Origin: Atribacterota bacterium
GTDB lineage: Bacteria; Atribacterota; Phoenicimicrobiia; Phoenicimicrobiales; Phoenicimicrobiaceae
Length of the DNA stretch: 64,000 nt
Direction of reading: 5' to 3'
NCBI GenBank assembly: GCA_038203565.1
Contig: JBBRDV010000002.1
Span: 14,283-78,282, forward strand
Part shown: positions 24,081 through 33,100 of the stretch, piece after piece
Layout: each line of letters opens with the position of its first letter
Numbering within the stretch: the first letter of the stretch is position 1
Notes under the pieces: model-generated
Told to the model about the DNA's origin: nothing
The model's input: only the letters and a program-made list of their open reading frames with translations
Databases searched by the model: none
Translations under genes and position numbers: made by a program

Positions 24081-24354
24081 ATATCGTATTGCGTATATAG
24101 TATTTAGTATATAGTTAAAAAAGAAAGAGTACCCGGATAGGAGGGGCGTATCGGGTATCGAGTATCGCGGATAAGAATAGTGATGAGTAATGCGTAATAA
24201 GTAATTTGTAGGGGCACGATACATCGTGCCCAAGGCAAACAAAAGATAATAAAACAGGAAGGCACAATTCATTGTGCCCCTACACCTGAATCATATTTTT
24301 TTCACGCGATATACGATATACGATATACGATATACTATTCACTCACGACTAATT
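24081..24354. repeat. Large intergenic repeat mosaic: heptads (24081-24117, 24146-24172, 24305-24336), REP hairpins gtaggggcacgatacatcgtgccc (24208-24231) and ggcacaattcattgtgcccctac (24261-24283), and the 17-mer ctattcactcacgactaatt (24335-24354)
   Basis: Seen directly in the 370-bp region between ade and uvrB. Confidence 0.85.
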
Positions 24355-24369
24355 TAATTGGTTATTCAG

Positions 24370-26091
24370 CTAATCTACAAACAAATCTACAATTTTTGAA
24401 TTATTAACATCTACCAAGCCTTTATTGGTTATTTTAAGATGAGGAGCCACTTCTAAAGATAAAAAAGCGATACTCATAAAAGGATTGTCTACTGTAACTC
24501 CTAAATTTTGGGCAGTTTTGTAGATGGAGTCTAAATTTTCTTTTACCTCTAATAAAGGTTTATCTGACATCAGACCGGCAATAGGTAGAGGAAGTGAATT
24601 TACTATTTTTTCATCCACGGATATTGCCAATCCGCCTCCCATCTTTGAAATAGCTGCCCCGACATTTAACATATCTTTATCATTGGTACCCACAATTATA
24701 ATATTATGGGAATCATGGGCAACAGATGAGCCTAAAGCACCTTTTTTCAGGCCAATCCCTTTAACTAAACCTATATTTACTTTTTCTAAAGCATGATGTC
24801 TCTCTATTACGGCAATTTTTAAGATATCGCGCTTGGTATCAGAAACGACAAAGCCATCTTCGATTTTAGGAACTTCTATCATTTCTTCAGTAAGAATTTG
24901 GCCTGGAGTAATTTTTATAACTCTGCATTTATTACCTTTTGCCGGAATCTTGAAATCTTCGGGGTAAAGCCACTTGATATTAATTGACCCCCTGATAGGT
25001 ACCTCCAATGGTTTGGGACTTAGTTCCAACAACTCTCCGTTTTCGGCAACTAATTTTCCATTATTAAAAACTTTAAGGATATTAAAATCTTTAAAATTAT
25101 CAAAGACAACCAAATTTGCCACATAACCAGGAGCAATTGCACCTAAATTTCTTAGTCTAAAATATTCAGTAGTATTTATGGTGGCCATCCTTATAGCGGT
25201 AACAGGATCTATACCCTTCTTGATAGCAGTTTTTATAACATAATTAATATGCCCCTCTTCAATTAAATCTTTGGGGTGGCGGTCATCACAACAAAAGAAA
25301 CATCTTCGAGAATTATCAGGATTTATAAGGGGTAAAAGGTCGATTAAATTTCGAGTGACTGACCCTTCTCTCAACATAATATACATACCTAGTCTCAATT
25401 TTTCTTTAGCCTCCTCTACTGTAGTACATTCATGGTCAGATCTTATTTGAGCGGAAACATAGGCACAAAGATCCTTGCCGGATAAATTGGGAGCATGACC
25501 GTCAATACATTTTTTTGAAAATGCTACTATTTTATCTAAAACCTCAGGAATTTGGTTTAAAACTCCCGGAAAATTCATCATCTCTCCCAGCCCTAAAACC
25601 CATTTTTCGTCTAAAAGAGGGAATAAATCATTTACACTAAGATTTGCTCCGGAAGTTCCTAAAGATGAAGCAGGAACACAAGAAGGTAGCATCATAAAAA
25701 TATTTAAGGGGTTATATTTACTGGATTCTAACATATACCTGATACCTTCTAAACCCAATACATTGGCAATTTCGTGAGGATCAATTATTACTGAAGTTGT
25801 CCCCATTGGTACTACAGTCTTAGCAAATTCTGAAATTTTGACCATAGAACTTTCTAAGTGAATATGGCCATCTATAAATCCAGGAGACACATAACAATTA
25901 GAAATATCTATTTCCTTATCAGCGTCATATCCTTCCCCTAATCCTACAATCATATCTTTATAAATTGCAACATCGGAAGTATATATTTCTCCGGAAAAAA
26001 CATTAATTATCTTCCCATTTTTTAATAATAGATCTGCTCTTTCCTCTCCTCGAGCAATTTTAATAGTTTCAGCAAGACTCAAAACAATCAC
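24370..26091 (-). CDS. ade: Adenine deaminase
   Basis: Amidohydrolase HxH motif (GFIDGHIHLESS), similarity to adenine deaminase over 573 aa. The start may be the TTG about 9 nt downstream of the called GTG. Confidence 0.8.
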   Translation of the reverse strand: MIVLSLAETIKIARGEERADLLLKNGKIINVFSGEIYTSDVAIYKDMIVGLGEGYDADKEIDISNCYVSPGFIDGHIHLESSMVKISEFAKTVVPMGTTSVIIDPHEIANVLGLEGIRYMLESSKYNPLNIFMMLPSCVPASSLGTSGANLSVNDLFPLLDEKWVLGLGEMMNFPGVLNQIPEVLDKIVAFSKKCIDGHAPNLSGKDLCAYVSAQIRSDHECTTVEEAKEKLRLGMYIMLREGSVTRNLIDLLPLINPDNSRRCFFCCDDRHPKDLIEEGHINYVIKTAIKKGIDPVTAIRMATINTTEYFRLRNLGAIAPGYVANLVVFDNFKDFNILKVFNNGKLVAENGELLELSPKPLEVPIRGSINIKWLYPEDFKIPAKGNKCRVIKITPGQILTEEMIEVPKIEDGFVVSDTKRDILKIAVIERHHALEKVNIGLVKGIGLKKGALGSSVAHDSHNIIIVGTNDKDMLNVGAAISKMGGGLAISVDEKIVNSLPLPIAGLMSDKPLLEVKENLDSIYKTAQNLGVTVDNPFMSIAFLSLEVAPHLKITNKGLVDVNNSKIVDLFVD

Positions 26092-26099
26092 CCCTTCTT

Positions 26100-26139
26100 T
26101 CGTATATCGTATATCGTATATCGTATATCGTATATCGTT
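26100..26139. repeat. (TCGTATA)x5.5 perfect heptad array abutting the ade RBS
   Basis: tcgtatatcgtatatcgtatatcgtatatcgtatatcgtt. Confidence 0.9.
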
Positions 26140-26209
26140 AAAAACCTATACTTTATTAGCTATAAAATATTCTGAATACTGACTTCTTGCTTTTTTTACG
26201 AGATACGAT

Positions 26210-26824
26210 TCACGATATACTAGATAAGAGACTCTGCCAGATTGTTTCAACTTGTTTCTTCGTTTTATCTAACGTATCATTATTATCTATCACATAATCA
26301 GCCATTTTAATTTTTTCTTTCATTGGTATTTGCGATTTTATCCTCTGTGAGGCTTCATCTTTGGATAAATTGTTTCTTTTAATTAATCTCTTTACCTGCT
26401 CATCTTCATCTATATATACAACTATTATCTTATCCATTAATCTATCCATCTTAGCTTCATAGATTAAGGCAGCATCTATAATTAGTATTTTTTCCTGGTT
26501 ATGAGTTTTATCTCTTGCTAAATTTATTTCATTTTTAATCAACTTTATTATTTCAGGATGAGTAATTTCATTTAATTTTTTTAAGAGAACCTGATCTGCA
26601 AAAACTATTTTACCCAATTTTTCTCTATCAATAGTCAGGTCTTTTCTCAAAATATCTTCCCCAAATAATTTAACTATTTTCTTCCAGGCAGGTTTGTATG
26701 GTAAAATTACGCTATGGCCAAGTATATCAGCATCAATAATCTTAGCTCCCAAATCTCTAAACATTGATGCTACTGTACTTTTACCGCCTACAATTCCGCC
26801 AGTAAGACCAACAATCAATGCCAT
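26210..26824 (-). CDS. coaE: Dephospho-CoA kinase
   Basis: MALIVGLTGGIVGGKST Walker A; 204 aa. Confidence 0.85.
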   Translation of the reverse strand: MALIVGLTGGIVGGKSTVASMFRDLGAKIIDADILGHSVILPYKPAWKKIVKLFGEDILRKDLTIDREKLGKIVFADQVLLKKLNEITHPEIIKLIKNEINLARDKTHNQEKILIIDAALIYEAKMDRLMDKIIVVYIDEDEQVKRLIKRNNLSKDEASQRIKSQIPMKEKIKMADYVIDNNDTLDKTKKQVETIWQSLLSSIS

Positions 26825-26826
26825 GA

Positions 26827-27038
26827 TTCCTCCCTTAATAGTCGCTAGTCGTTAGTTATTGGTTTTTAGTGTAGGGGGCGGATTTATCCGCCCCGTTCAG
26901 TGATTATTTTCTTTCGGGCTCGATGCCTGCCTGTGCGTATCCGTACGCAGACAGGTGCAACGCACAGGCAGGCGCAGACAGGAATCGAGCCCCTACAGCA
27001 CAATATTTATTACGGGCAGACACAAGGTCTGCCCCTAC
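26827..27038. repeat. Repeat mosaic: tagtcgctagtcgttag (26838-26854), hairpin gtagggggcggatttatccgccccg (26871-26895), complex nested palindrome gggctcgat...atcgagcccctac (26926-26996), and REP gggcagacacaaggtctgcccctac (27014-27038)
   Basis: Seen directly. It fills the whole coaE-polA intergenic region. Confidence 0.85.
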
Positions 27039-29704
27039 TACTTTAACTCTGCCCAATTATTACCCGTCTTCAAATTTACTTTTATAGGAACAGAAAGTTC
27101 TAAACTATGTTCCATAATCTCTTTAATAATGGACTTGACTTTTTCTAACTCTGGCCTGTAAACCTCAAATATTAATTCATCGTGTATTTGGAGTAGTAAT
27201 CTACTTTTAAATCGCTCTTTTTTAAAGGATTCATCTATTTTAATCATAGCTAATTTTATTAAATCAGCTGCACTTCCTTGAATTGGAGCATTAATAGCAA
27301 TTCTCTCATTAAATTCACGGATTTTTCTATCTTTACTGTTTATGCCTTCCAAATATCTCCTTCGATTTAATAGAGTTAATACATAGCCCTTCTTTCGAGC
27401 TTCTTCTTTCTCCCTTTCAATATATTTTTTTACACCTTGATATCTAAAAAAATAATTATTAATATATTTTTCGGCTTCTTCTCTCCCTACCCCCAAATTG
27501 CCTGCTAACCCGTAACTACTCATTCCATAAATAATACCAAAATTAATTACCTTAGCCATTCTTCTCATTTGCTCGCTAATTATATTTTGATCAAGGTTAA
27601 ATACTCCCGAGGCAGTATGAGCATGGATATCTTCATCATTTTTAAAAGCATTAAGCAAACTTTCATCCCGAGAGAGATGAGCCAAAATACGCAACTCTAT
27701 CTGAGAATAATCTGCGGATAGCAGTACAAGTCCTTCCTCTGCGATAAAAGCTTTTCTAATTTCTCTCCCCATTTCGGTTCTAATGGGAATATTTTGAAGA
27801 TTAGGCTCACTACTGCTTAATCTTCCGGTAGAAGTAACAGTTTGATGGAAAGAAGTATGTATCCTCTTGGTTTTACTATTAACCAAAAAGGGTAATTTAT
27901 CGATATAAGTATTCTTTAACTTGTCTAATTCTCTATATTCCAGAATAAAAGACACAACCTTGTGCTGGGGAGCTAAAGTATTAAGTACCTCCGCATTGGT
28001 AGAATAGCCAGTTTTTATCTTTTTTACTACCGGCAGTTTTAATCTTTCAAAAAGTATAATACTCAACTGTTTAGGAGAATTAATATTAAATTCCGTTCCA
28101 GATAAATTATAAATAGTGTTTTTCAATTCTTCAAGGCGGGTATCCACTTGTCTGGACATCAATTTTAAAAAATCAATATTCAGTTTAATACCATTGATTT
28201 CCATTTCTCCTAATATTTTTACTAAAGGCATTTCTATTTTTCTAAATAATGAAATTAAGTTTTTTTCTTCCATTTTTTCTTCTAAAACATCTTTTAATTT
28301 CAAAATATTCTGAGCATTTTCGCAAGCTTCTGCTATGCTTATGCTCATAATAGCCTTTTTTTTAATTTCTTTATCTTCGTTTTTAAAATATTTTAAATAT
28401 TCCCAGAATAAATCCCTTAAACCATAGTTCTCTCTTGAGGGATTTAACAAATAAGCAGCAATCATAGTATCAAAATTATTTCCTTCTATTTCAACTTTAT
28501 GCCTACAAAGCAATATGAAATTAAATTTAAGGTTATGACTAATTTTAATAATTCCTTGGTTTTCAAAACATGGTCGCAAGTTACTTAAAACCAATTCGAG
28601 AGAAAGACATTTGGAATTTTCGATTAAATTTAAAGCAAATAACGGGATATAATAATTTTCACTATCTTTGAAGCTGAGTGCAATTCCTAAAATATTTGAT
28701 GAAATCGCATTGTCTGAGGAAGTAACCAAATAGAAAGAAAAATATTTCCTTTCTATAATTTTATTAGTCAATCCTTCTAATTCTTCTTCAGTGTCGACCA
28801 AATTGAATTTTAACTTAGTTTTTTCATGATTAATTTTAGGAGCAATCTTTTTTATTAGATTTTTAAATTCTAATTTTTTAAATATTTTCCACAATTCTTC
28901 GTAATTTGGCAGTTTAACTTTAAAAGAATCAAAATCGTACTTTATGGGTACTTCTCTTACTATAGTAGCCAACATTTTACTCATCTTAATCTGGTCTTCA
29001 TATTTCTTTATCTGTTCTCTCAAAGATTTCTTAGATATTTTGTCTGTATTATTCAAAATATTTTCTACACTGCCCAATTCTTTAATTAAAGCTACGGCAG
29101 TTTTTTCTCCTATACCCGGAACACCTGGAATATTATCAGATATATCCCCCTTTAATGCTAAAATATCTACTATTTTCTCCGGATCTACTCCGTATTTTTT
29201 CTTTATACCTTCTTCATCATAAATTATCACCTCGGTTACTCCCTTGATAGTAGTCATTACCTTAGTATGGGGAGAGATAAGCTGAAAAGCATCTTTATCT
29301 CCGGTAACAATAATCGTATTACAATTTCTTTTTTCTGCTTCCTTTGCAAGAGTACCAATAACATCATCTGCTTCGTAACCTTCTTTTGAACAAATAGTAA
29401 TATTATAATTATCGATAATTTCTTTAATTAGAGGAATTTGGCTGATTAATTCGTCAGGCATTTTCTTCCGATGAGCTTTGTATTCTTTAAACTCCTTATG
29501 TCGAAAAGTAGGAACAGGAGTATCAAAGGTAACTACCATATATTCTGGTTTCTCTTCTTCCAATAATCTGATTAATATCATAGTAAACCCGTAAACTGCA
29601 TTGATTATCTGGCCATAAGTGGTAGTTAATTGAGGTAAAGCATAAAAAGCACGGTAGAGCAAACCTTGTCCATCAACCAAAATAAATTTTTTCCTATTAT
29701 TCAT
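27038..29704 (-). CDS. polA: DNA polymerase I
   Basis: 5-prime nuclease domain, 3-5 exonuclease-like domain, and the polymerase motifs DYSQIELR and HDE; 888 aa. Confidence 0.95.
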   Translation of the reverse strand: MNNRKKFILVDGQGLLYRAFYALPQLTTTYGQIINAVYGFTMILIRLLEEEKPEYMVVTFDTPVPTFRHKEFKEYKAHRKKMPDELISQIPLIKEIIDNYNITICSKEGYEADDVIGTLAKEAEKRNCNTIIVTGDKDAFQLISPHTKVMTTIKGVTEVIIYDEEGIKKKYGVDPEKIVDILALKGDISDNIPGVPGIGEKTAVALIKELGSVENILNNTDKISKKSLREQIKKYEDQIKMSKMLATIVREVPIKYDFDSFKVKLPNYEELWKIFKKLEFKNLIKKIAPKINHEKTKLKFNLVDTEEELEGLTNKIIERKYFSFYLVTSSDNAISSNILGIALSFKDSENYYIPLFALNLIENSKCLSLELVLSNLRPCFENQGIIKISHNLKFNFILLCRHKVEIEGNNFDTMIAAYLLNPSRENYGLRDLFWEYLKYFKNEDKEIKKKAIMSISIAEACENAQNILKLKDVLEEKMEEKNLISLFRKIEMPLVKILGEMEINGIKLNIDFLKLMSRQVDTRLEELKNTIYNLSGTEFNINSPKQLSIILFERLKLPVVKKIKTGYSTNAEVLNTLAPQHKVVSFILEYRELDKLKNTYIDKLPFLVNSKTKRIHTSFHQTVTSTGRLSSSEPNLQNIPIRTEMGREIRKAFIAEEGLVLLSADYSQIELRILAHLSRDESLLNAFKNDEDIHAHTASGVFNLDQNIISEQMRRMAKVINFGIIYGMSSYGLAGNLGVGREEAEKYINNYFFRYQGVKKYIEREKEEARKKGYVLTLLNRRRYLEGINSKDRKIREFNERIAINAPIQGSAADLIKLAMIKIDESFKKERFKSRLLLQIHDELIFEVYRPELEKVKSIIKEIMEHSLELSVPIKVNLKTGNNWAELK

Positions 29705-29731
29705 AACTCTCTTCTTTCGTTCTATTTTTTC

Positions 29732-29760
29732 TTGACAATAAATATCACTTAACCTATAAT
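29732..29760 (+). promoter_or_regulatory. Consensus sigma-70-type promoter for tRNA-Leu: TTGACA (29732-29737), 17-nt spacer, TATAAT (29755-29760)
   Basis: Perfect -35 and -10 hexamers with 17-bp spacing; the tRNA starts about 22 nt downstream. Confidence 0.75.
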
Positions 29761-29782
29761 TTTTAAACAGAGACGCACATAT

Positions 29783-29871
29783 GCCGAAGTGGCGAAATTG
29801 GTAGACGCACTGGACTCAAAATCCAGCGAGCCTCACAGCTCGTGTCGGTTCGACTCCGACCTTCGGCACCA
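29783..29871 (+). tRNA. tRNA-Leu (anticodon CAA)
   Basis: Acceptor stem GCCGAAG/CTTCGGC, anticodon loop cuCAAaa, long variable arm, T-arm GGTTCGACTCC, and an encoded CCA. Confidence 0.9.
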
Positions 29872-29878
29872 CTTTATT

Positions 29879-29910
29879 TAGTCGTTAGTGAATAGTGATT
29901 AGTCGATATC
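29879..29910. repeat. 17-mer family copy: tagtcgttagtgaatagtgattagtcgatatc
   Basis: Seen directly, downstream of the tRNA. Confidence 0.7.
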
Positions 29911-30126
29911 ATTTAGTAAATCATCATTATAAATCAGAACTTGATTGATTAAATCAATTGCTTCTTGAGTTTCGCATTTAGGAACTAAAATTTCTACATT
30001 TCCGTTTAATTCATCTTTCCCCATTTCTAATTGGTTTAAAATAGTTACAATCCCTTTTTCTTTTAATATTTTTTCTAAATTTCTGGCTAATAAAAAATCC
30101 TTAGCGATATAAATAACTTTCCACAT
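29899..30126 (-). CDS. Small hypothetical protein (75 aa), possibly a DUF2007-like PII-fold protein
   Basis: The ORF is compact with a good start. No strong motif; the assignment is weak. Confidence 0.35.
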   Translation of the reverse strand: MWKVIYIAKDFLLARNLEKILKEKGIVTILNQLEMGKDELNGNVEILVPKCETQEAIDLINQVLIYNDDLLNDID

Positions 30127-30163
30127 TATAAATAAATCCTCTAATAGTAATTTTTATTATTCT

Positions 30164-33100
30164 TTAACATTTTTCTTTCCATATTTTTTCATCTCCTAAA
30201 ACACCACGAATCTCTTCCATAAATTTATCACCAAGGTTAACTGAATATTTTTTATCTATGGCATGTAATATAGTTTTATCCTTACCCTTAAAATGAAGTA
30301 TTACTTGACTTTTCCCTGGATATCCGTAAAATAATTCTTTCAATTTTCTTAAAAGATCAGATTCATTTTCCCCTGTGCTAATCTCAAGGTGAAGTTCTTC
30401 AGCAAGATTCTGATTCTTTTCTTCTGTTTTAGGAGTAGGTCTTTTATTTTCTACATATTTTTCTAAAAGAGATATCTTCTCAGCAATAATTTTTGTCTTT
30501 CCTTCTGCCACATCAATATGTCCTTCTGTTATGATAATCTCATCTTTTTTTATCATTTCTTTGCATTTTTCATAAACCTTAGGAAAAGCTATTATTTCTA
30601 CAGTGCCCTCTAAATCTTCTAAGGTAATAAATGCCATAAGATTCCCATTTTTGGTACTCTTTATTTTTAAATTATTAATAACTCCAGCTAAAACTACTCT
30701 ACTTTTATCTGAAAGGTTAGTTAATTCGATTGAGGTGGAAGTTATAATTTTCTTTAATTTTTCCCTGTAATCATTCAATGGGTGATAGGAAATATATAAT
30801 CCTAACATTTCCTTTTCCATAGCTAAAAGTTCATTTTTAGAAAATTCTGAAATATCCGGTAATCTATCCTGGTAATTACCGCTATTTTTATCTGGGTTAT
30901 TTTCTTCGAAAAGATCAAAGATTGAAGTCTGTCCATTCCCCTTGGATTTTTGATATTCTTGGCCACTTTTTAAGGTTACATCTAAAACTGCCAGTAATTG
31001 GGATCTTTTCGCACCGATAGAATCGAAGGCACCACATTTGATTAAACTTTCGATTACCCTCTTATTTACTACTCTTAAATCAACTCTCTGGCAAAAATCG
31101 AGTAAAGAAGTAAAATTAGAATTTCTTTTGTGTTCATCAATAATGCTTTTTATAGCTTTCTCGCCAACATTTTTTATAGCAGCCAACCCAAAGCGAATAG
31201 CCTTTCCCCCTACTACAGTAAAATTTACTAAACTCTGGTTTATATCGGGAGGCAGTATTTCAATATTCATATTCCGGCATTCTTTTATATACAAAGCTAC
31301 TTTATCATTGTTTCCCATAATACTGGTAAGCAAAGAGGCCATATATTCTAAGGTATAATGAGTTTTTAAATAGGCAGTCTGATATGAGATAAAGGCGTAA
31401 GAAACGCTGTGAGATTTATTAAAACCATATCCGGCGAAATAAGCAATCAAATCAAATATTTCAACAGCTGTATTTTTTTTAATATTATTTTTTTGAGCTC
31501 CTTTTATAAAAAGTTCCCGTTGTTTTTCCATCACTTCTTTCTGTTTTTTTCCCATAGCTTTTCGCAGGATATCTGCTTGTCCCAAAGTAAACCCGGCCAA
31601 TTCACTGGCAATCATCATAACTTGTTCCTGATAAACGATTACTCCATAAGTTTCCTTTAATATAGACTCTAAACGAGGATGAGGATATTTTATTTCTACA
31701 ATTCCCTTCTTTCTATTAATGAAATCTTCGATCATGCCGCTCCCCAAAGGTCCTGGTCTATATAATGCCAGCAAGGCAGTAATATCTTCTAAGTTTTCCG
31801 GTTTTAATCTTTTAACTAAATCTCTCATCCCTTCACTTTCTATTTGGAAAACACCAGCACAGTTTCCTTTAGATAACATTTTGTACACTTTTTTATCATC
31901 CAAAGGTATTTTGTTTATATCAACCTGTTCTCCCCGAGTATGTTTTATTATTTTTAAAGCATCACTTATTACAGTCAGGGTGCGGAGTCCTAAAAAATCC
32001 ATCTTCAATAATCCCAGTTCTTCCAATTCAGCCATAGCATACTGAGTACATATTTCTCCTTCAGCTGTCTTTTGTAAAGGAATGTAATCAGTCAGTGGCT
32101 TTCGAGAAAGAACTATACCCGCAGCATGGGTCGAGGCATGACGAGCTAAACCTTCTAAAAAAGAAGCAGTTTCAATTAACTTTTTTATATCCTCGTCACT
32201 TTCCATTAACTCTTTAAGTCGGCTTTCCATCTTTAAAGCCTTTTCGATAGTAATATTAAGTTCCCAGGGAATCATTTTAGCGATAGTATCCACCCGAGCA
32301 TAGGGAATTCCTAATGCTCTTCCTACATCTCTAACAGCAGCTCTGGCTGCCATAGTACCAAAAGTAATAATCTGAGCTACTTTATCATTACCATATTTTT
32401 TAGAAACATACTCAATTACTTCTTCTCTTCGTTCATAACAAAAATCAATATCAAAATCTGGCATACTGATTCTTTCAGGATTTAAAAATCTTTCAAACAG
32501 CAATCCGTATGCTATAGGGTCAATATTGGTAATATTCAGACAATAAGCAACTAAACTTCCTGCTGCAGAACCTCGACCAGGTCCCACCATAATTCCCTTT
32601 TCTTTGGCATATCTTACAAAATCCCACACAATTAAAAAATAAGGTTCAAATTCCATTTTTTTTATAACTGAAAGTTCGTACTCTAATCTCTCCTCTAACG
32701 GTTTGGTAGTCTCGGGGTATCTCTCATTAAGCCCTTTATAGCATAGCTCTTTTAAATAAGTATTAATATTATATTCGGGAGGAACCTTAAATTCTGGTAA
32801 TTGAGCATGCCTAAAATCTATTTCTAAATTACATCTTTCAGCAATACGGATAGTGTTTTCGATGGCTTGAGGAACTTTTGAGAAGTTTTTATTCATTTCC
32901 TCTGGAGAATTAAAATAAAATGCATCAGTGGCAAATTTTAAACGTTTAGAGTCACTTAAATTTGTAGCTGTTTGGATACACAGTAAAATTTCGTGGGCTC
33001 GGGCATCTTCTTTATTTATATAATGAATATCATTGCTCGCAACAAGAGGAATAGAAAGTTCTTGACTTATCTGAATGAGATTTTCGTTTACAATTTCCTG

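Noticed and set aside
24060-24272. 70-aa minus-strand ORF
   Set aside because: It spans the repeat mosaic between uvrB and ade. Its Tyr/Ile-rich translation is an artefact of the TATCG repeats.
26955-27161. 68-aa plus-strand ORF
   Set aside because: It begins inside the palindromic repeat and runs antisense into the polA 3-prime end.
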